From the NCBI GenBank assembly GCA_964616175.1, contig CAZTUH010000007.1, forward strand, positions 7,132 to 71,131: a DNA stretch of 64,000 nucleotides. Reading direction: 5' to 3'. The notes under the pieces are model-generated. The model saw only the letters and a program-made list of their open reading frames with translations. It did no database searches and had not been told where the DNA came from. The translations under genes were made by a program, and so were the position numbers. The DNA comes from an uncultured Burkholderiaceae bacterium (GTDB lineage Bacteria; Pseudomonadota; Gammaproteobacteria; Burkholderiales; Burkholderiaceae_B). Positions 19,514 to 29,812 of this stretch are shown here, one piece after another; positions within the stretch are counted from its first letter, which is position 1, and every line of letters begins with the position of its first letter.

Positions 19514-22405
19514 TTACATTTTGCGTTGTGCTCGCAAGGATTGGTGAGCCAAGGCTACCAGTATTAGAACTGTAGATCCCATGACTAACATATATACACC
19601 AAGGTCAAATAAAAAAACTGAGGTTAAAGAAAATTCACCTAATATTGGAATTTCAATTTTCCAGACTAAAGCAGATAAGAATGGATGCATAAAAAACACT
19701 GGAAATAAAGAAATGCTACCAGCACAGATAAGTCCTAGCCCAACCCAATATTGGGGATTTAACTTGCTACGCGATTCTACCCAATGAACACCACCAAACA
19801 TATACTGCAATATTACTGCTGTAGCCATAATCAATCCACCAACAAATCCTCCGCCTGGCAGATTGTGACCTCGCAGTAAAAAATAGATAGAAATTAATGC
19901 CGCAGTTGGGAGTAGTAATCTTATTAAAACAAACTGTGCTAACATTGTCGAATCTTGTAAAAAATGATAAACCATCCCGAGCTTCGCATTTGATTTATCT
20001 TGGTCTTGGTAATATTGTTGAATTGGTTTTTCTATGCTTTCACGTGCTGGTCTGAATCGTCGTAGCAAAGCATATACGGTTAAAGCAACTATACCCAGAA
20101 CAGTGATTTCACCTAATGTGTCAAACCCACGAAAATCAACTAATATTACGTTAACAATATTAGATCCACCTGCTTCTGAAAGAGATTTTTCAATAAAATA
20201 AGAAGAAATTTTTCGATTTGTGAAAGGACGATTAAGCATAACATAGGCAATCCATCCCAATCCAAAACCCACAGCGCATGCCAACAGAAAATCTCTCAGT
20301 TCTTTAACGTTACAGACTTTCAGCGGGTTCTTTCTATTCTTTCCATCTTCTTCAACATGACGAGGCAACCAGCGTAGGCCAAGCAGAATTAAAACAACAG
20401 TAACCACCTCAACTGTCAATTGAGTCAGAGCTAAGTCTGGCGCGGAAAACCACATAAATGTAAGACTAGTTACCAAACCTGCGCCGCCAGTTAATGCTAG
20501 AGATGACAAACGTTGGTATTCCGCCTGATAAGCAGCTCCCAGAGCACATATTATACCAACTAGCCACAATATCAGAAAAGGAGTATCAAAAGCTATTTCA
20601 CATGATCCTAGCCATGCAGATCCAACATGTGGTTTTTCAAAAAATGGAATCCAACTAAAAAATATCAGGTTAGTGATTATTATCAAGAGTTGACTTTGCA
20701 AATTTTCTGATGAAGATTTCTTTACAATATGGCTAGAAAAAGTATCAAATTTCTGCAAAATGAACCTGAAGACTTTTTGTCCATTAAGATTAATAAAAAA
20801 TGGGATCTTATCGGGCATTAATTTTCCGTTTGATCGTAAAAATATGTATAAGCATATTCCACCAAGTAAAGCCATGGAACTCATTAAAAGCGGCAATTTA
20901 AATCCATGCCAAACCGATAAACTGTACCTAGGCATCTCTTCACCTAGAATACTTCTACCTGCTACATTTAGAAGTGGACCCAAAGTAATATTAGGTACAA
21001 TTCCAACAACTAGGCATGTCAATACTAGAAGCGCACTAGGTAAAAGCATCCAATGAGGAGGTTCATGAGGTTTTTTGGGAAGATCTATAGAGACAGGACC
21101 AAAAAATACTTGCAGAATAAAACGCATAGAATATGCAACACTGAAAGACCCAGCAATAGTAGCTAATAATGGTAGACCGATTCTAGTATAGATATCACCT
21201 CTAACAAAAATAGTTTCTGCAAAAAACATCTCTTTAGAAATGAAACCATTTAAAAGTGGTACTCCAGCCATTGAAGCTGCAGCTACCATGGCTAGTGTTG
21301 CTGTAATTGGCATGGACCTATACAAGCCACTAAGTCGGCTAATATTTCTAGTTCCGGTTTCATGATCAACTATTCCAGCAGCCATGAATAAAGAAGCTTT
21401 AAAAGTAGCATGATTAATCATATGGAATATTGCAGCGACTAAACCCAATGAACTGTTTAATCCAAGAAGTAATGTAATCAAACCTAAATGACTAATTGTT
21501 GAATATGCTAATACTCCCTTCATATCTTTTTGAAAGATTGCAAAATAAGCAGCTAGAATTAAGGAGATTAATCCAGTCCCACCGATAATCCAGAACCATT
21601 CATCAGTGCCAGAAAGCACAGGCCAGAACCGAGCTAGCAGAAATACTCCAGCTTTTACCATGGTTGCTGAATGTAAATATGCAGAAACTGGAGTAGGAGC
21701 TGCCATTGCATTTGGAAGCCAAAATTGGAATGGAAATTGAGCACTTTTAGTTAATGCTCCTATAGCAGTTAGAATCAAAATCAATTTATACCATTTGCTA
21801 GATTTGATGAGTTCACTAGATGATAAGATCTGATCTATATCATAGCTGCCTACTATATTTCCTAACAACAATAGTCCAATGAATAAACATAATCCTCCAA
21901 AAACTGTAATCAATAATGCAGTTTTTGCACCTTCTTTTGCATCAGTTCTATGATGCCAATATGCTATAAGCATAAATGAGATCAAGCTAGTCATTTCCCA
22001 AAAAAGTAATAATTGAATAATGTTTCCTGATAAAACAATTCCTAACATTGCTGCTGTAAAAGCTTGAAAAAATGAAAAGAAACGTTGAACTGGATCCTTG
22101 GGAGACATATAGTAGCGAGCATATATAACAACTAATGTTCCCATTAATGTTACTATCAAAGAAAACAGCCAAGAATAACCATCCATGCGCAAAATAATAT
22201 GCAAACCTAAAAATGGAATCCAAGGAATCTCAGTTCGAATAATTTTCTCGCTTGCAATAGTTGGGTACAAGTTAACCACTAATAAAGTACATAATAATAA
22301 GAGGATTCCAGCCACCCATGCTTCTGCATTTCGGGCATTGGATGGCAAAAAAGACGCAAATAAGCTTCCAATGAATGGAAGAAGTAGTAAAAGAATTAAC
22401 GACAT
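19514..22405 (-). CDS. mnhA: Mrp/Pha antiporter fused subunit A/B
   Basis: 963 aa. The NuoL-like N-terminal two thirds plus a MnhB-like C-terminal domain indicate a fused A-B arrangement, which gives a six-gene operon. Confidence 0.88.
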   Translation of the reverse strand: MSLILLLLLPFIGSLFASFLPSNARNAEAWVAGILLLLCTLLVVNLYPTIASEKIIRTEIPWIPFLGLHIILRMDGYSWLFSLIVTLMGTLVVIYARYYMSPKDPVQRFFSFFQAFTAAMLGIVLSGNIIQLLLFWEMTSLISFMLIAYWHHRTDAKEGAKTALLITVFGGLCLFIGLLLLGNIVGSYDIDQILSSSELIKSSKWYKLILILTAIGALTKSAQFPFQFWLPNAMAAPTPVSAYLHSATMVKAGVFLLARFWPVLSGTDEWFWIIGGTGLISLILAAYFAIFQKDMKGVLAYSTISHLGLITLLLGLNSSLGLVAAIFHMINHATFKASLFMAAGIVDHETGTRNISRLSGLYRSMPITATLAMVAAASMAGVPLLNGFISKEMFFAETIFVRGDIYTRIGLPLLATIAGSFSVAYSMRFILQVFFGPVSIDLPKKPHEPPHWMLLPSALLVLTCLVVGIVPNITLGPLLNVAGRSILGEEMPRYSLSVWHGFKLPLLMSSMALLGGICLYIFLRSNGKLMPDKIPFFINLNGQKVFRFILQKFDTFSSHIVKKSSSENLQSQLLIIITNLIFFSWIPFFEKPHVGSAWLGSCEIAFDTPFLILWLVGIICALGAAYQAEYQRLSSLALTGGAGLVTSLTFMWFSAPDLALTQLTVEVVTVVLILLGLRWLPRHVEEDGKNRKNPLKVCNVKELRDFLLACAVGFGLGWIAYVMLNRPFTNRKISSYFIEKSLSEAGGSNIVNVILVDFRGFDTLGEITVLGIVALTVYALLRRFRPARESIEKPIQQYYQDQDKSNAKLGMVYHFLQDSTMLAQFVLIRLLLPTAALISIYFLLRGHNLPGGGFVGGLIMATAVILQYMFGGVHWVESRSKLNPQYWVGLGLICAGSISLFPVFFMHPFLSALVWKIEIPILGEFSLTSVFLFDLGVYMLVMGSTVLILVALAHQSLRAQRKM

Positions 22406-22711
22406 GATTTTCCAGATAAATCAGAGTAGATTATTCGGATAACACTCATCCAGAAACCAAAAAACCTCTACCTAGAAATTCTAGTTATAAGAAGTAACGA
22501 AACTATCTATCTAAATAAATAAATTAATCAGCTGAGTTGAAAAAGAATTGATTGAACTCAAAACAGTTGATGTAGCCCATATATAATAATATAGTGGCAT
22601 GGAAGAAACTTTTTAAAGCAAAATAAGAAATAATCCTTATTGTTATGTATTTTTTTTAGAAAGAACACATGCAATTTAGTTTCTGTAACGAATAAAAAGT
22701 TCTTTTATTTG

Positions 22712-23971
22712 TTAGATACCGACAAACGGAAATTCTGGCTCTGGACACCTCCCTTTTACTATGTCTGATAAAGCCTTTCCTGAACCAGCTCCCATAGTCC
22801 ATCCGGCTGAGCCATGGCCAGTATTAAGATACAAATTACTAATTCTCGTTCGGCCAATGAGAGGAACACTTGAAGGTGTGGTAGGCCTCAAGCCAGCCCA
22901 GTATTTTGGTTCTTCAAAATCTAAGGCTTTTGGAAATAATTCAAAAGCTAATCGTGACAATAATTCGCATCGACTATCATCGAGACAACGTGAATAGTCA
23001 GAAATCTCTACAGAACTAGCTAAGCGCAACTTATTTCCAATCCTGGAGACGACCATTTTATTAAATGGATCTGTCAAACTGACAGAAGGAGCTAAATTAG
23101 GGCTGATAATATTGAAAGTAACAGAATAACCCTTCGCAGGATAGATATTACAAGGAATTCCAAGTGGTCTTAACAAAAAAGGACTATAACAACCTAAGGC
23201 CACTACATAAGTATCAAAGGAAAGAATCTCATGACAACCATCAGGACGAAGCAACTCCATTCCATGGACAAAGTCTCCACTACCCAAGATCAATCGATTT
23301 ACAGTAGTATTATAGATAAATTTGACACCAATATCGATGCATTTTTTAGACAATTTTTCTATGAACAAATATGCATCACCACTTTCATCATCAGGAGTAT
23401 AGTCACCCCCAATAATATTATTGCCTTGCTCAAGAAGTGAAGGCTCAATTGAAAAGAGTTCTTCAGGAGCAATAATTCTTCTTTCTACACCTAATTCACG
23501 CATTAATTTTATTATTTTTCTAGATTCTTCTAATTCATTCTTATTACGATAGATGTTTAAAACTCCATTTTCAAGACTATGATAATCAATATTTAAGTTT
23601 TGCCGCATGGATTTTAGGATTCTTCTGCTATATTGAGCCATCCGGACCATAGCAATGGTATTTGGAATTGAATTCCATGGTAGACATTGATTCAGAAAAT
23701 TTATAATCCAAATCCATTGATGTCTATCAAAACGTGGCTTGAATTTAATTGCAATATCATTATTTACAATTGATTTAAAGATTTTGCGAAATGATCTAGG
23801 ATTTGATAATGGTTCAGCATAAGATACAGAGATTTGCCCACCATTTGCAAAGCTTGTTTCAAGACCAGCTGATGCACACCGATCAATTACAGATACATCA
23901 TATCCTGACTGGGCTAGCCACCATGCGCTAAAAACTCCTTGTATTCCACTGCCTAATACTGCTATTCTCAT
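22712..23971 (-). CDS. dadA: D-amino acid dehydrogenase small subunit (FAD)
   Basis: 419 aa. It is collinear with E. coli DadA from MRIAVLGSGIQGV..VIDR through GLRPTTPSSVPLIGRT..NLYLNTGHGSAGWTM. Confidence 0.88.
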   Translation of the reverse strand: MRIAVLGSGIQGVFSAWWLAQSGYDVSVIDRCASAGLETSFANGGQISVSYAEPLSNPRSFRKIFKSIVNNDIAIKFKPRFDRHQWIWIINFLNQCLPWNSIPNTIAMVRMAQYSRRILKSMRQNLNIDYHSLENGVLNIYRNKNELEESRKIIKLMRELGVERRIIAPEELFSIEPSLLEQGNNIIGGDYTPDDESGDAYLFIEKLSKKCIDIGVKFIYNTTVNRLILGSGDFVHGMELLRPDGCHEILSFDTYVVALGCYSPFLLRPLGIPCNIYPAKGYSVTFNIISPNLAPSVSLTDPFNKMVVSRIGNKLRLASSVEISDYSRCLDDSRCELLSRLAFELFPKALDFEEPKYWAGLRPTTPSSVPLIGRTRISNLYLNTGHGSAGWTMGAGSGKALSDIVKGRCPEPEFPFVGI

Positions 23972-24165
23972 TTTTTCATGAACTCTCTAAATGTATTTCG
24001 TTTGCTGTTCAATAATTAATTCTATTAGGATAAATTATCTAATTAGTCTAAAATGACTATTGAAAAATGAATTCAACAGCCTTCTCTCATCTTAGTATTA
24101 TTATATGATCTCAATAAAGATAACATGAACTCATGAGTTATTTATTGATTCTCAAAGCAATTAGT

Positions 24166-24490
24166 ATGGCACACTATCAAGTGGAATTGGGTTAAGGGAA
24201 AAACTTCTAGATTCTACGTTATTTTTTTCCCTTAAAAGATTAAACTTTGCATCCCCCTGGTGTTTCATTTTTGTATAAAAATTCAGAAATTTTAATAATC
24301 AATTGAAATAAAAGCTTTTCCAGCTATAATAGGAAATAACTAAATATTTGATAAGTTCTAAAGTAAAAACTCCACTTCATAACAAAAAATCTTTTGATAT
24401 TCGAATAGATGTAAAGATTTAGGAATGAACTTGTAGTTTTTGAAAGATAAGTCTTCCAAAGTCTTGGAGCTTGGAGAAATGTTTTTCTGT
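24166..24490 (+). pseudogene. trxA: possible heavily decayed thioredoxin gene relic upstream of rho (coordinates approximate)
   Basis: Frame 0 reads ..KRLNFASPWCFIFV* (tgg tgt at 24258-24263), compared with the thioredoxin motif VDFWAxWCGPC. The same frame later reads KSFDIRIDVKI* (compare YGIRGIPTL), and a shifted frame reads LVVFER* (compare LLFKNGE). An ATG at 24166 lies about 32 codons before the WC, which is the expected distance. The trxA-rho adjacency is widely conserved. The reading is interrupted by many stops and similarity is weak. Confidence 0.3.
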
Positions 24491-24937
24491 TTTTCAAAAT
24501 TTTAAATCACAAAGAATCTTCATATTTTTCAATTGAAATTGAATCCATAATTTTCAAGTTAAGATGTGTATCTATTAAGATTTACTTAATAATTCCTATC
24601 ATGACAGATAATGTAGTTTAAATAAAACTATAGATTCAATACAGTTTTAATACTTTATAAGTTGTTCGAATTTGTAAAGACTTGCTAGTAGCAATGATCT
24701 ATTCAAGAGATATTAAAGCCCAACGTTTGAAAGGTTTTTTTCTCACGATTCTTGGCAAAAGTTTATCAACCCTGAAATTAATGAAAAACAAAAGATTTTT
24801 TCTTCCATCGGAATTTCAGAAAATCATATTAATTCTCTAGATAGAGAAGATGAAATCAGTTTGAGTATCTCTTTTTATAAAATAGTCTGATTATTCTTTT
24901 CTATTTTTCCCTCAATCTATAATTATATGTTAGCACG

Positions 24938-26194
24938 ATGCATTTGAACGAATTAAAGGCACTGCATGTTTCAGAGTTATTAGAAATGGCAGCAAGCTTG
25001 GAAATAGATAACGCTAATCGGTTGCGAAAGCAAGAACTTATGTTTTCCATTATGAAACGACGAGCAAAACATGGAGAACAAATATTTGGAGATGGTGTTC
25101 TTGAAGTGTTGCCAGATGGTTTTGGTTTTCTTCGATCTACAGAAACATCATATTTGGCTAGTACCGAAGATATTTACATATCTCCGTCTCAAATTCGAAG
25201 ATTTAATCTTCATACTGGAGATTCGATAGAAGGAGAGGTAAGAACCCCTAAAGATAGTGAAAGATATTTTGCTCTTATAAAAGTCGATAAGGTTAATGGG
25301 GTGGCTCCTGAGGCAATAAAACATCGTATCATGTTTGAGAATCTCACTCCATTGCATCCAAATTATCCTATACATCTAGAAAGAGATGTTAGAAGTGAAG
25401 AAAATCTAACAGGGAGGATTCTAGATATATTTGTTCCTATTGGAAAAGGGCAACGTGGTTTAATTGTTGCAAGCCCAAAATCAGGGAAAACGGTTATGAT
25501 GCAGCATATTGCACATGCAATCACAGCAAATTTTCCTGATTTGTTCATGATTGTTCTTTTAGTTGATGAACGTCCAGAGGAAGTAACAGAGATGCAGCGC
25601 ACAGTTCGAGGAGAAGTAGTTGCTTCAACATTTGATGAGCCAGCAACTCGACATGTACAAGTAGCTGAGATGGTAATTGAGAAAGCCAAGCGTCTAGTTG
25701 AAATGAGAAAAGATGTAGTTATTCTTTTGGATTCAATTACAAGGTTAGCTCGTGCTTATAATACTGTCGTACCTGTCTCAGGTAAAGTATTAACTGGTGG
25801 GGTCGATGCAAATGCTCTGCAACGCCCAAAAAGGTTTTTTGGGGCTGCTAGAAACTTAGAAGAAGGTGGATCATTAACTATCCTTGGTACTGCTTTAGTT
25901 GAAACAGGCAGCCGAATGGATGAAGTGATATATGAAGAATTTAAAGGAACTGGAAATTCTGAAGTTCATCTGGAAAGACGTTTAGCTGAAAAACGGGTTT
26001 ATCCTGCTATTAATTTGAAAAAATCTGGAACCCGCCGTGAAGAACTTTTGATTAAACCCGAATTCTTTCAGAAAGCTTGGATTTTGCGAAAGTTTATTCA
26101 TGATATGGATGAAATCCAATCAATGGAATTTATTCTTGATAAGATGCGAACAACAAAAACAAATATTGAATTTTTTCAAATGATGAAGCGATGA
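24938..26194 (+). CDS. rho: transcription termination factor Rho
   Basis: 418 aa, collinear with E. coli Rho: N-terminal MHLNELK.., an RNA-binding domain, and Walker A SPKSGKT. Confidence 0.96.
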   Translation: MHLNELKALHVSELLEMAASLEIDNANRLRKQELMFSIMKRRAKHGEQIFGDGVLEVLPDGFGFLRSTETSYLASTEDIYISPSQIRRFNLHTGDSIEGEVRTPKDSERYFALIKVDKVNGVAPEAIKHRIMFENLTPLHPNYPIHLERDVRSEENLTGRILDIFVPIGKGQRGLIVASPKSGKTVMMQHIAHAITANFPDLFMIVLLVDERPEEVTEMQRTVRGEVVASTFDEPATRHVQVAEMVIEKAKRLVEMRKDVVILLDSITRLARAYNTVVPVSGKVLTGGVDANALQRPKRFFGAARNLEEGGSLTILGTALVETGSRMDEVIYEEFKGTGNSEVHLERRLAEKRVYPAINLKKSGTRREELLIKPEFFQKAWILRKFIHDMDEIQSMEFILDKMRTTKTNIEFFQMMKR

Positions 26195-26221
26195 TTCTAA
26201 TCAGGCAATGCCTAATTAGAA
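26195..26221 (+). terminator. hairpin immediately after the rho stop codon
   Basis: ttctaatcaggc-aat-gcctaattagaa forms a 12-bp stem with one mismatch and starts at the base after the TGA. The T-tail is only short and weak. Confidence 0.35.
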
Positions 26222-26263
26222 TTACTAGTTTGATTCTTATCAAAAAAAATGTAAGGAGGAACT

Positions 26264-26822
26264 ATGAAAAAAGTACTTTATGATCAAATTCTTCCTGCAA
26301 AAGAAACTTCTAAGATCCTTTTACATTCTTTTTGTGCTCCATATTCTAGAGAAGTGATTAGTGCAATTTCATCCAAGAAAGGAATATGAAATCCGAAAAA
26401 AGGAAAATATGCGGTTTGCAAAAAAAATAATCTTGAATTTATAGATGCTGATTATGATTTGGACAGTTGGTTCAATAGGATTAAGGGATTAGAGAACTAT
26501 CCAGAACGAGGTCAACTTTGTTGTACAGTTTGTTTTGATATGCGTTTCGATCGGAAAGCATACAATGCTCTTAAGGTCTTTCTTGTTGGAAAGACCTTAA
26601 TCAAATTAACGATTGTTGGAAAAGAACTGCAGAAAGTTATAAAAACATGAACTGTTGGACTTATAACTGGTGGAAAAATAGTATTTTTCAAAGAATGATA
26701 GAAATTAGCAAGAAAAAAATTTCATCAACAGGAATACTGTGGGTGTGTTTCTTCGCTAAGAGATACAAATATGCACAGACGTTCGTCAGATAGAGATAGA
26801 ATCGTAATAGGAGTTAAATTCT
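26264..26822 (+). pseudogene. queH: epoxyqueuosine reductase QueH (DUF208) pseudogene
   Basis: Three fragments in different frames match QueH. (1) MKKVLYDQILPAKETSKILLHSFCAPYS..*, compared with LLHxCCAPCS, with two Cys ligands changed to Phe/Tyr. (2) [45 protein letters not shown], compared with FIEGDYD..W...VKGLE.EPEGG.RC..CF.MRL. (3) [15 protein letters not shown], compared with the C-terminal LYRQNYCGCxFS. Premature stops, frameshifts and an internal deletion are present. Confidence 0.7.
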
Positions 26823-27014
26823 AATAGCATGTAGAATTTCTTTGCATATATGATTTTCATAAAATTTAAGAGAGGATCCATTGTTAAAAAACTCTTATAA
26901 AAGAAGATTAATGATTAAATAAAGAAAATTCTTGGAATTTATTCCCATTAACTTCAGTTCTTGATTTTTGAATATACTCCATTTATAAAACGTCTGAAAC
27001 GTTCTATTTTTTCT

Positions 27015-29711
27015 ATGAGAAAAATTTTACTATTAGTAGATGGATCAAGCTATTTGTATCGTGCATTTCATGCAATGCCAGATCTTCGAAACCCTAATGG
27101 GGAACCTACAGGAGCGATATATGGCATCTTGAATATGCTGAAGAAGTTAAGAACTAATTACTCAAGCAATTTTGGAGCATGTATCTTTGATTCTAGAAAA
27201 ACAACTTTTCGGGAAAAGTTGTTTTTCTTTTACAAAGCTAATCGTCCTTCTATGCCTAATGATTTGGCAAATCAACTTGAATCTGTTCAACAAGCTATAA
27301 AAATGATTGGTTGGCCTGTTTTTAAAGTAGATGGAGTTGAAGCAGATGATGTCATAGGTAGCATAGCTATGCTATCGAAAAAATTTGGATTTCATACCAT
27401 AATATCTACTTGTGATAAAGACTTTTCCCAATTAGTCAGTAACAATAGTATCACTGTTGTAAATCCTATAAATGGGGAAGAACTTACAGAGGATTCAGTT
27501 CAAAGTAAATATGGGATCAAATCAAGCCAAATAGTTGAGTATTTAATGCTTACAGGAGATACCTCAGATAATGTTCCTGGAGTCAATAGAGTTGGGCCAA
27601 TAACAGCATTGAAATTGCTTAGAGAATTTGGATCAATAGAAAAAATAATAGATTCTATTGATAATATTCACGGAATATTAGGAAAAAACTTGCGTTTAGC
27701 AATTCCATTTTTCTCGATGACGCGGAAATTGCTAACCATAAAATGTGATGTTGATTTAAGTGAGTTTTTGAAGCATCCTAAGGACCTTAAATTTTATCCT
27801 TCAAATACAAAAGATCTTATTGAATTTTATGAACGGCAAGGATTTTTAAAATGGTTAAATGAATTAAAAACATCTGTAATGCAGCAAGAAAATGTAGTAA
27901 TTCCTTTTGAAGAAAAATATTCTGTTATTGACAATTTTGGAAAACTTTCCTCTCTGAAAGAAAGACTTGATAACTCTGATTGGGTTGTATGTACAGCAGG
28001 GATCGGATGTACAGGAAATAGTTGTCTAGAAAATAAATTAATTAATTTATTTATTACTATTGAACCAAATGAAACTTTTTATATTCCACTTGAAAACATT
28101 AGTTGTACTGGTATTAAGAAGATTCAAAAAAATAAAATTCTTTCTTTTCTGAAGCCATGGTTAGAAGATCCATTAAGAAAAAAAGTTACTTTCAATTCAA
28201 AAAAACACATTCATGCATTTATGAATGCAGGAATCAGATTTTCCGGAATTTCCGAAGATGTCATGTTAGAAGCCTACATTTTAAACTTAGGAACCAATAA
28301 TATTACCCTAGAAAAAGTTGCCGAAAAAATTTTAGGAAATGTCGAAGCTTATAAAAGCAAGCAGAAGCTAGCCAAGATAACTGATTTTGATAAAAATTTC
28401 ATGGAAATAAAAAATTATTATTCAGACTTAACTTTTAAACTCCATCTTAAGCTAAAATTTTTTCGTGCTAACAAATGTACTAGGAATTTAAAGGAAATTT
28501 ATGAACTTGAGTTGAATATTGCAAATCTATTAGCGGATGTTGAACGAAATGGTGTAGGAATAGACTCTCTCATTCTAATTGAACAGAGCAAAAAATTGGA
28601 AGCAAAGATAAGAGAATTAAAAGGAAAAATCTTTGAATTGACAAATACTGTTTTTAACATTAACTCTTCTAAAGAATTAAGCAATGTACTTTTTCAAAAA
28701 ATGGGATTCCCAATTCTTCGGAAAACATCTACTGGAAAACCTTCGACAGATGAAGAAATTCTGAAAAAACTTTCATCATCATATATCTTGCCATCCATTC
28801 TTTTAGAATATCGTGGATTATCAAAAATAAAATCAACATATTCTGACAAACTTCCATCTATGATCAATGCAATTACCGGTAGGATTCATACTAGCTATTC
28901 ACAAGTAGCAACTGTAACAGGACGACTTGCTTCAGCTAATCCAAATCTACAAAATATTCCAATACGTTCTGAGGAAGGAAGGAATGTAAGAAAAGCATTT
29001 ATTGCAAGGAAAGGATCTTTATTATTTTCAGCCGATTATTCTCAAATTGAATTGCGTGTTATGGCTCATCTTTCTAATGATTTAAATTTAAAATCTGCCT
29101 TTTCCAAAGGAAATGATATTCATAATTCGACAGCATCAGATATTTTTGAAATTCCAACCAGCAAGGTCAATGCGGACCAACGTCGATTTGCAAAGGTAAT
29201 TAATTTTGGATTGATTTATGGAATGGGCATTTCAAAACTTTCATTAACATTAAAAATTTCCCGGCCAGAGGCAAAGAAATACATTGAACAATATTTTTCT
29301 CTTTACCCAGGCATATCAGCATGGATAGAAAAAACAAAAAAATCTGCTAGGGAAAATGGATATCTAGAAACTATTTTTGGACGTCGATTAAAAATCTTAG
29401 AAATACAAGGAAATTTAGGTTCATATCGACAGGTTTCTGCTGAGCGTTCAGCTATAAATGCTCCAGTACAAGGTTCTGCAGCAGACCTAATAAAAATAGC
29501 CATGATTTCAATTGATAGATGGTTAAAAGAAAAGAAAATGCAAACTCATATGATTATGCAAGTGCATGATGAGTTAATCTTTGAAGTACCAAAAAATGAA
29601 CTTGAAAAAGTTAGAATCAAAATTCCAATGCTGATGTGTGAAGTAGCAAATCTCAACGTTCCTCTTGTTGTAAAAACCTATGTGGGTAAGAATTGGGGCA
29701 ATATGGAATGA
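27015..29711 (+). CDS. polA: DNA polymerase I (intact 5' nuclease and polymerase domains; 3'-5' exonuclease domain apparently inactive)
   Basis: The start MRKILLLVDGSSYLYRAFHA is at 27015, although the ORF opens with TTG at 26961. Polymerase motifs A (DYSQIELRVMAHLS), B (RRFAKVINFGLIYGM) and C (QVHDELIFEV) are present. The Exo I/II/III acidic residues are substituted (see finding). Confidence 0.93.
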   Translation: MRKILLLVDGSSYLYRAFHAMPDLRNPNGEPTGAIYGILNMLKKLRTNYSSNFGACIFDSRKTTFREKLFFFYKANRPSMPNDLANQLESVQQAIKMIGWPVFKVDGVEADDVIGSIAMLSKKFGFHTIISTCDKDFSQLVSNNSITVVNPINGEELTEDSVQSKYGIKSSQIVEYLMLTGDTSDNVPGVNRVGPITALKLLREFGSIEKIIDSIDNIHGILGKNLRLAIPFFSMTRKLLTIKCDVDLSEFLKHPKDLKFYPSNTKDLIEFYERQGFLKWLNELKTSVMQQENVVIPFEEKYSVIDNFGKLSSLKERLDNSDWVVCTAGIGCTGNSCLENKLINLFITIEPNETFYIPLENISCTGIKKIQKNKILSFLKPWLEDPLRKKVTFNSKKHIHAFMNAGIRFSGISEDVMLEAYILNLGTNNITLEKVAEKILGNVEAYKSKQKLAKITDFDKNFMEIKNYYSDLTFKLHLKLKFFRANKCTRNLKEIYELELNIANLLADVERNGVGIDSLILIEQSKKLEAKIRELKGKIFELTNTVFNINSSKELSNVLFQKMGFPILRKTSTGKPSTDEEILKKLSSSYILPSILLEYRGLSKIKSTYSDKLPSMINAITGRIHTSYSQVATVTGRLASANPNLQNIPIRSEEGRNVRKAFIARKGSLLFSADYSQIELRVMAHLSNDLNLKSAFSKGNDIHNSTASDIFEIPTSKVNADQRRFAKVINFGLIYGMGISKLSLTLKISRPEAKKYIEQYFSLYPGISAWIEKTKKSARENGYLETIFGRRLKILEIQGNLGSYRQVSAERSAINAPVQGSAADLIKIAMISIDRWLKEKKMQTHMIMQVHDELIFEVPKNELEKVRIKIPMLMCEVANLNVPLVVKTYVGKNWGNME

Positions 29712-29812
29712 ATTTTTTCCATTCACAAAAAATCAAATAATTTACTCGTGAAACCACTCAATCTACTCTTTAGATAGATTATTTCTTTTTCTTTTCTTAT
29801 ATTTTTCTTATC

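Noticed and set aside
24694-24843. 49-codon ORF (MIYSRDIKAQRLKGFF..) about 95 bp upstream of rho, considered as a rho leader peptide.
   Set aside because: It has no SD-like sequence and no recognisable similarity to anything I know. AT-rich spacers generate such ORFs readily. There is not enough evidence to call it.
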